NCBI GenBank assembly: GCA_951406725.2
Contig: OX597822.1
Location: forward strand, 67,642,001 to 67,706,000
Source: Octopus vulgaris
Lineage: Eukaryota
Length of the DNA stretch: 64,000 bases
Reading direction: 5' to 3'
Shown: positions 42,561 to 56,030 of the stretch, one piece after another
Numbering within the stretch: position 1 is the first letter of the stretch
Layout of the letters: every line of letters begins with the position of its first letter
Made by a program: the position numbers and the translations under genes
Notes under the pieces: generated by a model
Seen by the model: the letters and a program-made list of their open reading frames with translations, nothing else
The model's database searches: none
Told to the model about the DNA's origin: nothing

Positions 42561-42937
42561 ATGCGTATGCATGCACACACTTACACACGCAGATACACAC
42601 AAAGAAACAATTTTCGCTTCATTTGTTATTTTCTTCGTAATTGTTTTTGATGTTGCTGCTGCTGCTGTTGTTGTTTTTGTTGTTGTTGTTGTTGTTGTTG
42701 TTGTTTTTGTTGTTGTTGTTGTTGTTGTTGGCGCTGTTAGCAGTAATGGTAGTGGTGGTATTTTACAGTGGTGCTGGCAGTGATGCTGGTGATAGTGATG
42801 GTGATGATGATGGTAGAGGTGGTGCTGGCGGTGGTGGCGATGATGGTGATGATGGTGGTGGTGGTAGAGGTGGCGATGGTGGTGGTGGTGGTGGTGGTGG
42901 TGATGATGGTGGTGGTGATGGTGATGGTGAAGGTAGT

Positions 42938-43157
42938 AGAAACGTTAGCACGTCGGGCGAAATGCGTAGCCGTATTTTGTCTGCCGTTACGTTCTTAGTT
43001 CAAATTCCGCCGAGGTCGACTTTGCCTTTCATCCTTTCGGGGGTCGATAAATTAAGTACCAGTTACGCACTGGGGTTGATGTAATCGACTTAATCACTTT
43101 GTCTTTCCGTGTTTGTCCTGTCTGTGTTTAGCCCCTTATGGGTAATAAAGAAATAGG
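42938..43157 (+). mobile_element. SINE family A monomer in (GGT)n
   Basis: Head, core and tail-1. Confidence 0.88.
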
Positions 43158-43737
43158 TGGTGATGGTGATGATGATGATGATGGTGGCGGTGGTGGTGGT
43201 AGTCGTGATGGTGATGGGGATGATGATGGTGGCAGTTGTGATGGTAGGGGTGTTGGCGGTGGTGGTGATGACGGTGGTGGTGGTGGTGGTGGTGGTGGTG
43301 GTGGTGGTGGTGGTGGTTTTGATAACGTCGGTGTTGCTTGTATTTAATGTCTAATTATTTTACCTGTTCGTTTTCCCTTTTCACTTCACAAATATTCTCT
43401 GTGTCTCTGTTTCTCTCTCTCTCTCTTCCCCTCTTATTCTCTCTCTGTCTCCCTCTCTTTCATTTATTCTCTCTCTCTGTCCCTCACTGTCTATCTGTCT
43501 GTTTGTCTTTTCCTCTTTTTCTTTCTCTCCTATCACCTGATTCACACATGCACGCATACACACATACATTCTCTCTATCTATCTCTCATTCTCTCTCTCA
43601 CTCTCTCTCTCTATCTACCTATCTCTCATTATCTAACTGTCTCTCTCTCTATGTGTTTCTCATATATTCTCTCTCTCCCTCCCTCTCACTCTCTTATTCT
43701 CTGTCTCTCTCGGACACTGTCTGTTTCTCTATTTGTT

Positions 43738-43780
<43 letters not shown>

Positions 43781-44503
43781 TGCACGCATACACACATACA
43801 TTTTCTCTATCTCCCATTCTTTTTCTATCTATCTATCTATCTATATATCTATTTATCTCTCATTCTCTATCTGTCTCTCTTTCACTGCTTCTCTTATTTT
43901 CTTTCTCTCTCTTTCTTTCTGTCTCTCTCTCCCCCTCTTTCTCTCCCTCTCTCTCTTTCTCCTCGTCTCTTATTCACACACACTCTTTCTCTCCCTTATT
44001 CACACTCTTTCTATCATTCTCTCTCTCACAATGACAATGATCTCGCAGAATCGTTATAATCGGAAATAATTATCCGCAGTATTTGTTCCGAATCTTTTAC
44101 GTTCTGAGTTCAAATCACTCCAAGGTCAACTTTGCCTTTCATCCTTTCGGTGTCGTTAAAATAAAATAGCAAATATTGGAGGTCATTGGTGACAACTACA
44201 CCTTTCACTCAAAAAAGATTCATGACCCCTCTACCTGAATCGCAAGCCATTAGAAAACATTATCCATGCTCTTAATCATTCGCGAGCATTTTCTCTCTCT
44301 TATTCACACACACACACATTATCTAACTGTCTCTCTCTCTATGTGTTTCTCATATATTCTCTCTCTCCCTCCCTCTCACTCTCTTATTCTCTATCTCTCT
44401 CGCCCACTGTCTGTTTCTCTATTTGTTGCTCTCTCTCTTTCTCTCTCTCTCTCTCTCACATGCACGCATACACACATACATTTTCTCTATCTCCCATTCT
44501 TTC

Positions 44504-44576
<73 letters not shown>

Positions 44577-44769
44577 TTATCTCTCATTATCTATCTGTCT
44601 CTCTCTCTCTCACACACACACACGCACACACACAAACACACACGATCTTACTCTCTTCTTGCCGTGTGGTCAGTTTAAAGCGTTCGTTGTATAATCGGAT
44701 TTATTGGTCTCAAATGCTTTCACAAGGCCAAAAGTTTTGGTGGAGGTGGTGGCAAGTCGATTACAGCAT

Positions 44770-45110
44770 ATTTCAGTGCTCAGCTGGTACTTATTTCATC
44801 GATCCCGAAAGACATGAAAGGCAAAGTCGACCTCGGCAGGATTTGAACTCGGAACGTAAAGACGGACGAAAAACCGCCAAGTTGAGTACTGGGGTTGATG
44901 TAATCGACTATCCCCCTCCCCCAAATTTCAGGCCTTGTGCGTATAATAGAAAAGAATCGTTAGCACGTCCGACAAAATCATTGATGATATTTCGTCCATC
45001 CTTACGTTCTGCATTCAAATTCCACCGAGGTCGACTCAGCCTTCCATCCTTACGGGGGTTGATGAAATTAGTACCAGTTTCATACAAAGGTCAATGTAAT
45101 CGACGAGTTC
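44770..45110. mobile_element. Inverted pair of SINE A fragments
   Basis: Minus copy about 44770-44880 and plus copy about 44955-45110. Confidence 0.8.
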
Positions 45111-45128
45111 CTTCTCACAATATTTCAG

Positions 45129-45610
45129 CTGGTCCTCTGTGGAACACGTCCCTACTTCTCAACATAGCCACCGTTTCTCTCAATAGCAATGTTCCACCAT
45201 CGAATGAGAGCATGTATCCCTGCCCCATAAAATTCTGTTGACTGTTCTTTGAGCCACTTCTTCACTACAACTTTCACTTCCTCGTCACTGGTATAATTTA
45301 GCTCCTTCAGACTATCATCTCTTCGGCTCCATGAAAGAGAGTTTGAGAGGCAAACGTTATTCCAGTGACGAGGAAGTGAAAACTGTAGTGAAGAATTGGC
45401 TCAAAGAACAGTCAACAGAATTTTATGGGGCAGGGATACATGCTCTCATTCGAAGGTGGAACATTGCTATTGAGAGAAACGATGACTATGTTGAGAAGTA
45501 GGGTTGTGACCCACAGAGGACCAACTTCATTTTGATGTATGATACATATTCTTGTGTTGGTAATTATACCTGTCCAAAACAAAATGGCATTAATTTTGAC
45601 TCTCCCTCGT
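45129..45610 (+). mobile_element. Mariner 3' end with foldback duplication
   Basis: LAPSDYHLFGSMKESLRGKRYSSDEEVKTVVKNWLKEQSTEFY.AGIHALIRRW...DYVEK*; probable terminal TTTTGACTCTCCCTCGT; 45129-45291 is an inverted copy of 45362-45523. Confidence 0.88.
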
Positions 45611-45954
45611 GTTTTGAGAGAAACAAGATACGATAGGGTATGATACTAATGGCGTTCTCAGTTATATTCACGATGTAAGCGAATTGAAATTGCTTCGACT
45701 GGCTAAGGATTGAAACTACAACTCAACGGTGTCTTAGCTTGCTGGACGTTTGTATTCCTGCTGTTCACAATTCAGTAGAACCACATGAAATAGTAATGTG
45801 TGATAACTCCCTCCCCTCCAGTTGTTAGTTTATGTAGAAACGGCAGCGGTTATAACCCAACGACGAGAGCCTAAACGGAGGTCAGATGTAATTGGGTAAT
45901 GAATGTCTAATTAACATACACGAAGTTTAATGGTTGGATGTGAAGAGTCAAGAG

Positions 45955-46050
45955 AGAGACAGACAGAGTGACGGACAAACAGACAGGGACACAAGGAGAC
46001 GGACAAACAGACAAAGTGACGGACAAGCAGGCAGAGAGACAGAGTGACGA

Positions 46051-46082
<32 letters not shown>

Positions 46083-46450
46083 AGTGACGGACAAACAGAT
46101 GGAGGGACAGAGTGGCGGACAAACGGGCGGAGAGGGAGACAGACAAACAGAGTGACAGACAAACAGACGGAGAGACAGAGAGACGAACAGACAGACAGAG
46201 TGACGGACAAGCAGACGAAGAGACAGAGAGACGAACAGACAGACAGAGTGACGGACAAGCAGACGGAGAGACAGAGAGACGAACAGACAGACAGAGTGAC
46301 GGACAAACAGACAGAGTGAAGGACAAACAGACAGAGAGACAGGATGACGGACAAACAGATAGATAGAGTGACGGACAAACATAGAGAAACAGGGAGACGG
46401 ACAAACAGATAGAAGTGGACAAACTGACAGAAAGACAGACAGACAGACAC
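45955..46450. repeat. GACA-derived minisatellite with 48-bp higher-order unit
   Basis: AGTGACGG recurs at 46199, 46247 and 46295. Confidence 0.85.
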
Positions 46451-46702
46451 ACACACATACACACACAGATCGAGATGCAGACACAGTTTCTAGGGGTGTA
46501 TTTTGAGGAAAATAAGGACTGAGTAAATTGTCTAGACACGTGGAATGGGTATGTGCAGATGTTCTATTCATTCTTTCAGGGATAGCAAATTCTCCAAACC
46601 AAAAGTTAATTCCCAAATATTTATAAATGTCCATTTTAGCAGTTCCAGTCGTGTTAACCATTTCTCTTCATTTGCCAGGAAATCCTTCCATTTAGTGTCA
46701 TA

Positions 46703-47023
46703 AAAAAAACGATAAACGTCGCCCTTTTCAAGCCTAGCCAGGCTCATGGGCCCGGTTTCCCGGTTTCTGTGGCGTATGTGTTCCCCCCAGCTGGACGGGA
46801 CGCCAGTCCATCGCAGCGTTACTCAAGAAACAGGAAGAGAGAGCACGAGAAAGTTGTGGCGAAAGAGTACAACAGGGGTCGCCACCACCCCTTCCCTTGC
46901 CGAAGCCTCGTGGCGCTTTTAGGTGTTTTCGCTCAATAAACCCATACAACGCCCGGTCTGGATATCGAAACCGCGATTCTCCGACCGCGAGTCCGATGCT
47001 CTAACCACTGAGCCATTGCGCTT
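46703..47023 (-). mobile_element. Chimeric SINE: family C head/body plus family D tail
   Basis: 14-bp TSD CATTTAGTGTCATA (46689-46702 / 47024-47037); tail matches 58612-58700. Confidence 0.88.
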
Positions 47024-47339
47024 CATTTAGTGTCATACAAATTGGAAAATCAACCTGTTGCGTTGTTTGCTTTATTAACGATATTTCTTTCAATTGTCGG
47101 CAACAGAGGTTGTCGTTAATGTTGTTGCTGGTTTTGCTGTCGTCGTCGCTTTTACTGCTATTAGGGATCTTTTCTTTGCTGTTGGCGCCGTTTTGGTATT
47201 TGGTGTTGGAAATTTCCCACTAGGTTTTCTTTTGTTTTTTTTTATTAGCTTTTATGGTTTCAACGAAGTTTTTCAGCGTAGTTCTCTGTTTGATGCGGTT
47301 CTTTAAAAAATTACTTTCTTACGAATATCAACATTGTCT

Positions 47340-47567
47340 TCTTCTTCACCAGCACCAGTACCACCACCACCACCACCACCACCACCATCAACCACCAACA
47401 CCACAACCATCATCATCATTATCATCATTATCAACCAGATTAACAGGAATATCACTACTACTACTGCAACAATAGCGATACAAACAAAAGAGACAACAGC
47501 ACAACAGCACAACAGCACAACAACAACTTCAATAATAATAATAACAATAATAATAATAATAATAATA

Positions 47568-47643
<76 letters not shown>

Positions 47644-47683
47644 TGATGATGATGATGATAATGAAAATAATGATAATAATAAC

Positions 47684-47727
<44 letters not shown>

Positions 47728-47730
47728 TAA
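47340..47730. repeat. (CAC)/(ATC)/(AAT)/(GAT) trinucleotide field
   Basis: Direct reading. Confidence 0.9.
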
Positions 47731-48244
47731 ATAGTGGTTTTATTGTCGTTAATGATAATTTCTTTGAAGGTGCGCAAGTAAGATGCGGCTTGATTAAGTA
47801 TTCTAAAACGCTCAAACCATTCAGTTATAAATTAAAGTCTGTCTTTGAAGAATTTCTTAGATCATCTCATAAAGCAGCTCAGTCGCAGTTGCAATTTCTG
47901 TTTAAAGTTTGTTTTTTTAATACATTGTTTGTTTGTTTATTTATTTATGTGTTTGTTTGTTTTTTGTTACTTTGATTTTCATAAAACAAAAGGGGAAAAA
48001 AAACAACAAAATGAAATATAGAATTTAAAACATTCACGATCCAGATTAGTAATTGTTCTATCCTATAAAAGATCACCTTCTCGGTTCAAGGCACAAATTG
48101 ATAAATATACTATTATGAACCATTACTGTTATAAACCATCTTGATATAGACCGTTTAGTCAATTATAACACACAACTTCTATTTTATTATCATCGTTGTT
48201 TATTAGTCGATGACGGTGGGCTAGCAGAATAGTTAGAGCGCTGG

Positions 48245-48646
48245 CAGAAACGTTAGCACGCCGGGCGAAATGCTTAGCAGTATTTCGTCTGCCAGTACGT
48301 TCTGAGTTCAAATTCCGCCGAGGTCGACTTTGCCTTTCATCCTTTCGGGGTCGATTAAATAAGTGCAAGTTACGCCCTGGGGTCGATGTAATCGACTTAA
48401 TCCGTTTGTCTGTCCTTGTTTGTCCCCTCTGTGTTTAGCCCCTTGTGAGTAGTAAAGAAATAGGTATTTCGTCTGCCGCTACGTTCTGTGTTCAAATTCC
48501 GCCGAGGTCGACTTTGCCTTTCAACCTTTCGAAGTCGATAAATTAAGCACTAGTTACGCACTGGGGTCGATATAATCGACTTAATCCGTTTGTCTGTCCT
48601 TGTTTGTCTCTTCTATGTTTAACCCCTTGTAGGCAATAATGAAGTA
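48245..48646 (+). mobile_element. SINE family A dimer nested in an older SINE A head
   Basis: 19-bp direct repeat AGAATAGTTAGAGCGCTGG at 48226-48244 and 48647-48665. Confidence 0.88.
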
Positions 48647-48849
48647 AGAATAGTTAGAGCGCTGGAAAAAAATATTCGTGATATTCCTTAAGGATTTTTA
48701 CATTCTGCGTTCAAATTATTTTGCGGGGCTGGATTAACATTTAAGCAAAATCAGTAAATGCTTAGGGCAACATGAGAAGTTGAGTAGGGGGCAGCACAGA
48801 GAAGGTAAATAGCTTACGGCACAAAAGGAAATCACTTTAAACTTGCTGA

Positions 48850-48950
48850 AGTAAATTCGTCTTGCCTTATTTGTACCAAGTATAGAAGTAAATGTGTTAA
48901 GTAAGATTAATTTTGAGGATCTGATTAAAGACTTTATGGTTAACAAAAAG
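48850..48950 (+). mobile_element. Possible hAT transposase C-terminal dimerisation-domain remnant
   Basis: RLALFVPSIEVNVLSKINFEDLIKDFMVNKK resembles the LALLSIE...IDFDDIIDDFA.KK pattern; short, with stops nearby. Confidence 0.35.
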
Positions 48951-50986
48951 TAGATCCTTCTCTGATTAACTTTATCAAATATGAAGTGGTTATTAGGTAC
49001 ATCTTGAAAAGGATTGCTTAGAAGTATTAAAGTTTGACAAATACATTTGGAGAATGCTTTAACTATATTCAGATAGTTAGTTTAGTATTATTATTTATTA
49101 GCTGGGCAGCGTCTTCCATAAAGGTAACATGTTGATGCCCTTACGAAAGTATTGTTAAATTAAAAAGGACAATATGAGCGCGTTCCTTAACTGCCTTAAA
49201 ACGGGATTTCAATACCTAAGCAATATAATACATTAGTGTTTAAAATTGAACGGCATAACAGGCAATTGTTATTTCTATGTCGACTATTTATGAAGTAATT
49301 TCGTTTGTGCAATGAAAAATAATGCCAGTATAGCTGTGGAAAGGCTGAAATATGTGGCTTATTTTAGAAAATAGAACAGACAATACTCGTCCCAAAAGCA
49401 GCTTCGTCTTACTTAGTGGCCTTCTTATTTTGGAAAAGCAGGCACTCATTTTAATGCGTCTTATGGAGGTAACTTGCACATGTATGTGTAAAGCTTTTCT
49501 TTCTCCTTTTCTATTTAGTCTAAACATTTTCAATGAAGCCGGAGATGTTTTTCTTCTTTTTTTCTTTCATATGCGAAGCATTCATTTCACGAAATCATTG
49601 ATCATGAAATAACCACTGTCTTCAATGTTGACCACTATTACTCTTTCTATTCTCCTACCTTAGATTTAAATATTTATTGTGTAAAATTAAACCCAATTTA
49701 TTGGAAAAGGTTTTTGTAATGACTCTTAATATTTCAATTCAAATTAGACTCCTACATTAAGTCTGTTACTAGACTGATAGCTAGTCGGTTATTTCCTTCT
49801 ACCGCAAAATCAATTCCTAAGAACTTAGATTCTTTTATATCTCGACATCTGCCAGATTCCTCTAAAATGGTGTGCTACTCATAGTTTTCACTTATTTCTC
49901 CAAAGAACCCATTTTAGAAAAGCGCATAATCGAAAGTGCAGTCTAGTCGAGGATGAATTCCGGAATATAACAAGTTTGGACGATTTCTGCAGATACTTCA
50001 GCGCAAAGCGTTCAGATGAGCTTCTGTTCCCACAAATACGAAATTTCCAGAAGAATTCAGCGTACCAAATTTAGGAAATGCATCCGTGCTTAATGGTATA
50101 ACATCATTCTTGCAATATAATAGAACGTAACAGACCAAATTCTCAAATATAAGAACACGAAGGCATCCGTTTAAAAAATGCATCACATATCTGATGTCCG
50201 GGTTACTGTGCACGTTACACGTAAAAATCTTTATTCTAGCACATCTTAATTTAATTGTGAAATAAGCACTCACATGTCATTGTTTTCCTGCAGAATGTGG
50301 CTTTGATTCTTTTAAAACACAGCGTTAACAAGTACGTTGCCAACTGTCAACGGTTTCCTTCATTTTAATATTTTATTGGTTCTTTTATTGGCACCTCATT
50401 CATTTCTTTTTTATTAGCTCCTTTATTGTCACCCCACATTCTACATTTTATTTCAGTTAAGTCTTTTATCTGGTCATTTATTACCATCTCATCGTTTTCA
50501 ATTGAATCTTTTATCCGTTATTATTGATTTTCTATTTGCCATTTTGTATATGCATGCATATATAATGTACTTTTTTTAATGACAATTATACCACTTTTCC
50601 CATTCCCACAACCCTTTGCTTGCACGTGGCCTTTGGGTCTAGCTTAAAGTGATTACGAATAAAGTGAAAAAAAATTATTGATTTACTGACTTATGTACGA
50701 CAACATACGTTAGTAGAAAGTAAAATACTGTCTTGTGAGTGTGAAAGTTATTATGAATCTTGTTAATGCCTTCTTAAACTGTCCTTTAATCTTCAATAGT
50801 TTCCCAACACTTTCTCGACTTGGGATATGTAGTCAATGGAGGTCAAACGTATGATGAATTGTTAAATAAAATTACTAGTGTTCGTATATTAGAGAATTAG
50901 GTCCATTACGTTCTATCATGCTGCGGAATAATGCTATACAAGACACCGCAATTGTGTTAATAGCGTAGATAATATTTTGTTATTTA

Positions 50987-51415
50987 AGGGCAGTGAGCTG
51001 GCAGAAACATTAGCACGTCGGGCGAAATGCTTAGTAGTATTTCGTCTGCCGCTACGTTCTGAGTACAAATTCTACCCAGGTCGACTTTGCTTTTCATCCT
51101 TTCGGAGTCGATAAATTAAGTACCAGTTACGTACAGGGGTCGATGTAATCGACTTCATCCGTTTGTCTGTCCTTGTTTGTCCCCTCTGTGTGTAGTACCT
51201 TGTGGTCAAAAAAGAAATAAGAAACATTAGCATGCCGGGCGAAATGCTTAGTCGTATTTCGTCTGCCTTTACGTTCTTATTTCAAATTCCACCGAGGTAG
51301 ACTTTGCCTTTCATTCTTTCGGGTCGATAAATTAAGTACCAGTTGCGTACTGGGGTCAATCTAATCGATTGGCCCCCTCCCCCAAAATTCGGGCCTTGTT
51401 CCTAGAGTAGGAAAG
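50987..51415 (+). mobile_element. SINE family A composite (tail-1 unit plus tail-2 unit)
   Basis: 16-bp TSD AATA(T/C)TTTGTTATTTA at 50971-50986 and 51416-51431. Confidence 0.9.
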
Positions 51416-51479
51416 AATACTTTGTTATTTAGAAGAGGTTTTCGACTTTCGCTAGATTCTGTCGATTTTGAACGTCTTC

Positions 51480-51790
51480 TACTATAGCCTCGGGCCGACC
51501 AAAGCCTTATGAATGGATTTGGTAGACGGAAACTGAAAGAAACCCGTCGTATGTATGTATATATATATGTGTGTGTGTGTTTGTGTGTCTGTGTTTGTCG
51601 CCCCAGAATTGCTTGACAACCGATGCTGGTGTGCTTATGTCCCCGTAACTTAGCGGCTCGGGTAAAGAAACCTATAGAATAAGTTCTGGGCTTACAAAGA
51701 ATAAGTCCTGGGGTCGATTTGCTCGACTAAAGGCGGTGCTCCAGCATGGCCGCATTCAAATGACTGAAACAAGTAAATGAGAGTATACAC
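51480..51790 (+). mobile_element. 5'-truncated SINE family B
   Basis: Colinear with the 3' two thirds of family B. Confidence 0.88.
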
Positions 51791-52459
51791 ACACACACAC
51801 ACAATTGCAACGTGGAAGATGTTTGTAAGCCATTTAAGAACACACAAAAACCGTTAGTCTTCACTTTAACATTTTAAAATTTTAAATTGCAACAAAAAGC
51901 AAAGCGCAACCACAAGAACATGAATAGCAATACCAACACCAACAACAACATCAACAACGACGACGATGACGACGACGATGGCAGTGGCAACAGCTACAGC
52001 AGATAAATCCTTAGCAGCTGCCTCGAAAGCAGAAATATCAGCAACAACGAAAACAGCAACAGAATCCCCGTTACCACAACAACAACAGAAGCAAGATGAC
52101 AAGCATCAACATCACCACGTCATCACGAGTTATGCCCATCACCGTTCAGCGCACTTAGAAATACTTTGCAATGAGGACAGTTAAAATGAAAAATGAGAGA
52201 TTGTTCCCATACGAAAGAGAGAGAAAATGGTGGTGGTGCTGGTGGTGGTGGTGGTGGTGGTGGGGAAAACAACAGAAATCTACAAGACTCGTAACAAAAT
52301 CAGAAACCATTTTTATAGAATATTATTATTGATATAAAATATATTGAGCGTCATTTTTTTCATTTGGTTAGCAACATTATTGATGTGAAATCGTGTATTG
52401 AAACAACTTTTGTTGTTTTTTTTGAGAGGCATTATGCTCATAATATCAACACACCTTCA

Positions 52460-53045
52460 GGTAACAACCTGGCAGAAACGTTAGCATGCCGGGTGAAATG
52501 CTTAGGGGTATTTCGTCCGCCGCTGCGTTCTGAGTTCAAATTCCGCCGAGGTCGACTTTGCCTGTCATCCTTTCGGGGTCGATTAAATAAATACCATTTA
52601 CGCACTGGGGTCGATATAATCGACTTAATCCGTTTGTCTGTCCTTGTTTGTCCCCCTGTGTTTAGCCCCTTGTGGGTAGTAAAGAAATAGGTATTTCTTC
52701 TGCCGCTACGTTCTGAGTTCAAATTTCGCCGAGGTCGACTTTGCCTTTCATCCTTCCTGGACCGATTAAATAAGTACCAGTTACGCACTGGGGTCGGTAT
52801 AATCGACTTAATCCGTTTGTCTGTCCTTGTTTGTCCCTTCTGTGTTTAGCCTCTTCTGGGTAGTAAAGAAATAGGTATTTCGTCTGTCTTTACGTCTTGA
52901 GTTCGACTTCGCTTTTCATCCCTTCGAGGTCGATTAAATAAGTACCAATTACGCACTGAGGTCGATGTAATCGACTTAATCTCTTCTTCTGTCTTTGTTT
53001 TTCTCTCTATGTATGCCCCCACACCTGTGGGCAATAAAGAAAGAA
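52460..53045 (+). mobile_element. SINE family A trimer
   Basis: Units start at 52508, 52691 and 52875 (183-184 bp); flanking AACACACCT repeat. Confidence 0.9.
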
Positions 53046-53430
53046 ATAATAACACACCTACTGGTTCAATACCACTTTTTTTATTGCCAGTGAATTGGTT
53101 AAATATCTAACCAACTATCTAATCGATCATTTGTTTTATTGTGCTGGTTAAACAATCAATCGATTGTTTGTCAGTGAAAATTCTTTCGTTGCGGTGCATG
53201 GCCTTTTCAGTGACTTAGTGACTTTCCCTTATCTCACCAAGGTCTGTGTGATGACTCTCTCAATACATAAAAGATGTATTGTATTTAGCTACGATTTACT
53301 ATGCGGTTCATTCAAGTCCCACCCCGCCATCGTCTTTATCCTGGGTTAATAATATACCTAATTTCACGTAACCTTGTTCCTATATCAGAAACAATCATCA
53401 TTAATAAGATTATATATTTAATTACTTTCT

Positions 53431-53912
<482 letters not shown>

Positions 53913-54100
53913 AAGAAAGAGAGAAAACCTGTTGTCTAAGTTTTCCTTGGCTATTCATATAGATGACGTGTCTATTTTTTTTACCAGAATATGAAGAAAC
54001 CGTTAAAGATCCTATCGCTAAAAGTGCTGAACCATATAGATTTTTATGTAAGAACATTTTTCAGAACTTTTATTTTCAATTGCGTATGAATCAACTAAAA

Positions 54101-54174
54101 CAATGCGAAGCGCATTGTGACCAGCGATGTGTAGCAACATCTGATAACCTGGTCGGTCACGGTGATCACAGTGG
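54101..54174 (+). mobile_element. 5'-truncated retroposed tail (same as tail of SINE C at 58044)
   Basis: Perfect 15-bp TSD ATGAATCAACTAAAA (54086-54100 / 54175-54189). Confidence 0.85.
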
Positions 54175-54399
54175 ATGAATCAACTAAAATCTAGAATATT
54201 TTAACCAATTACCCCAATTTTTTAACCAATTTCTCCACCACATTCACTTATAAGGCATCCTTCGAACCGAGGTTATAGGAGAAACCTATAATTTTTTAAC
54301 CAATTCTCCCAAAATATATTTATTTATGCCGACGTTTCCTTCTTGATTCCAAAACAAGAAAATCATAGATAACGGGAACACGTTTTTTTATATCATTTT

Positions 54400-54486
54400 A
54401 CTTATATCTAATGAGTCCTCATTACCCCCGAGAATTTCACTTTTACCCCCTCTTGGGGTAATTTACCCCGCTTCGCCGACCCCTGG
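54400..54486 (-). mobile_element. hAT-Charlie-like terminus
   Basis: Reverse strand begins CAGGGGTCGGCGAA next to CTAG; second TIR not found. Confidence 0.5.
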
Positions 54487-54524
54487 ACTAGATACACAGT
54501 ATATTTTGACTATTAATTATACAC

Positions 54525-54885
54525 AGGGAGATGCGTGGCTGAGTGGTTAGGGGTGTCGGACTCATGATTGTAAGATTGTGATTTCGATTCCTGAACTGGA
54601 CTAGATTAATATACAGTATATTTTGACGATAAATATACACAGGGAGATGCGTGGCTGATTGGTTAGGGATGTCGGACTCATGATCGTAAGATTGTGATTT
54701 CGATTCCTGAACTGGGCGACGCGTAGTGTTCCTATACAAAACACTTCAATTCACGTTGCTCCTGTCCACTCAACTGGCGAAAGTGAGTAATCCTGTAACG
54801 GACCGGCGTCCAGTTTAGGCAGGGAAGATATACGCATGGAAACCTGGAAAACAGCCCTATCAGTCTATATGACTCGGGGAGGAAC
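54525..54885 (+). mobile_element. SINE family D with tandemly duplicated head
   Basis: GGAGATGCGTGGCTGAGTGGTTAG...TTTCGATTCC head present twice; homologous to 58612-58845 (-). Confidence 0.8.
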
Positions 54886-55950
54886 AAATATACACAGGAA
54901 GCAGTGAGCTGTGAAAATACCTAGTGGCATTTCTTCCAGCTCTTTATACTCTCAGTTCGAATTCCGCCGGGGTAGATTTCGCCCTTTATATGTTCCGGTA
55001 TCGGTAAAATAAGCACCAGTTGAACACCGAGGTCAATGTAACCGACTTAACCTTCCTGTGAAATTTGCTGGCCTTGCGCCAACATTTGAAGCCATAATTA
55101 TACACAGGAATGATATTTTTATTGTTCTCCATATGCTGCATTTATGTCAGTGTGGTTTGCGTTCCGTAATAATTTAGTAAAGCCATTAATTAAAAGAAAT
55201 ATGTTTAAATTTAAATTACGAAAGCTTTTATATTCTTTTATCGTATTTAATAATTTTTCCAATAATCTCGTTTTTATGAAAGAAAATTATTTTTAGAAAA
55301 ATAAAACAAAAACGATAATTAATAAAAACGATAAATTTATTTCATAAAGAATAAAATTGATTTAAAAATAGAAATTAGTAGAGAAAAATATAAAATGTGA
55401 TTTTTTTTTTCAGATTTAATGACAGTATTCCAATTTCGTTTTCATTTTTCAAACGGAAATATTACAATAAGGGTCGACGGAGGCCAAGTTAATAAATATT
55501 CATTGCCGCTGATGGCTTAGGATTTCGGATAAAATTTAGTAGAATTAAGCGATTAAAAGGCTAAAAATGTAGCAGGAATATAGGAATTTAATTATGTGTT
55601 AAACTCAACTGTTGTGTTATTTCTTTACTAGATCAGTCCAATGGTCATATCGAAAAGAAAAAAAAAAAAACAGACATGAATATTTGAATGTAAATTTGAA
55701 TGAAAATTTGAATGTCAAACTGGAATAAAATGAGCATGGCTATGTGGTTAAGAAACTCACTTTGCAATCACGGGACTTCGGGTTCAGTCTCCACTCTGCA
55801 GCACTTTCGGCAAGTGTTTCTCATGTAACCTCGGGTCGAAGGAAGCCTTATGGGTGAATGTGGCGCAGAAATTTCGTGGAAGTCCGTCGGCGACGTATGT
55901 TTGCACCCTCGGCTGTAGGAGCTGTTAGTTCGAAGACGGACTCTTTTTCT

Positions 55951-56029
<79 letters not shown>

Positions 56030-56030
<1 letters not shown>

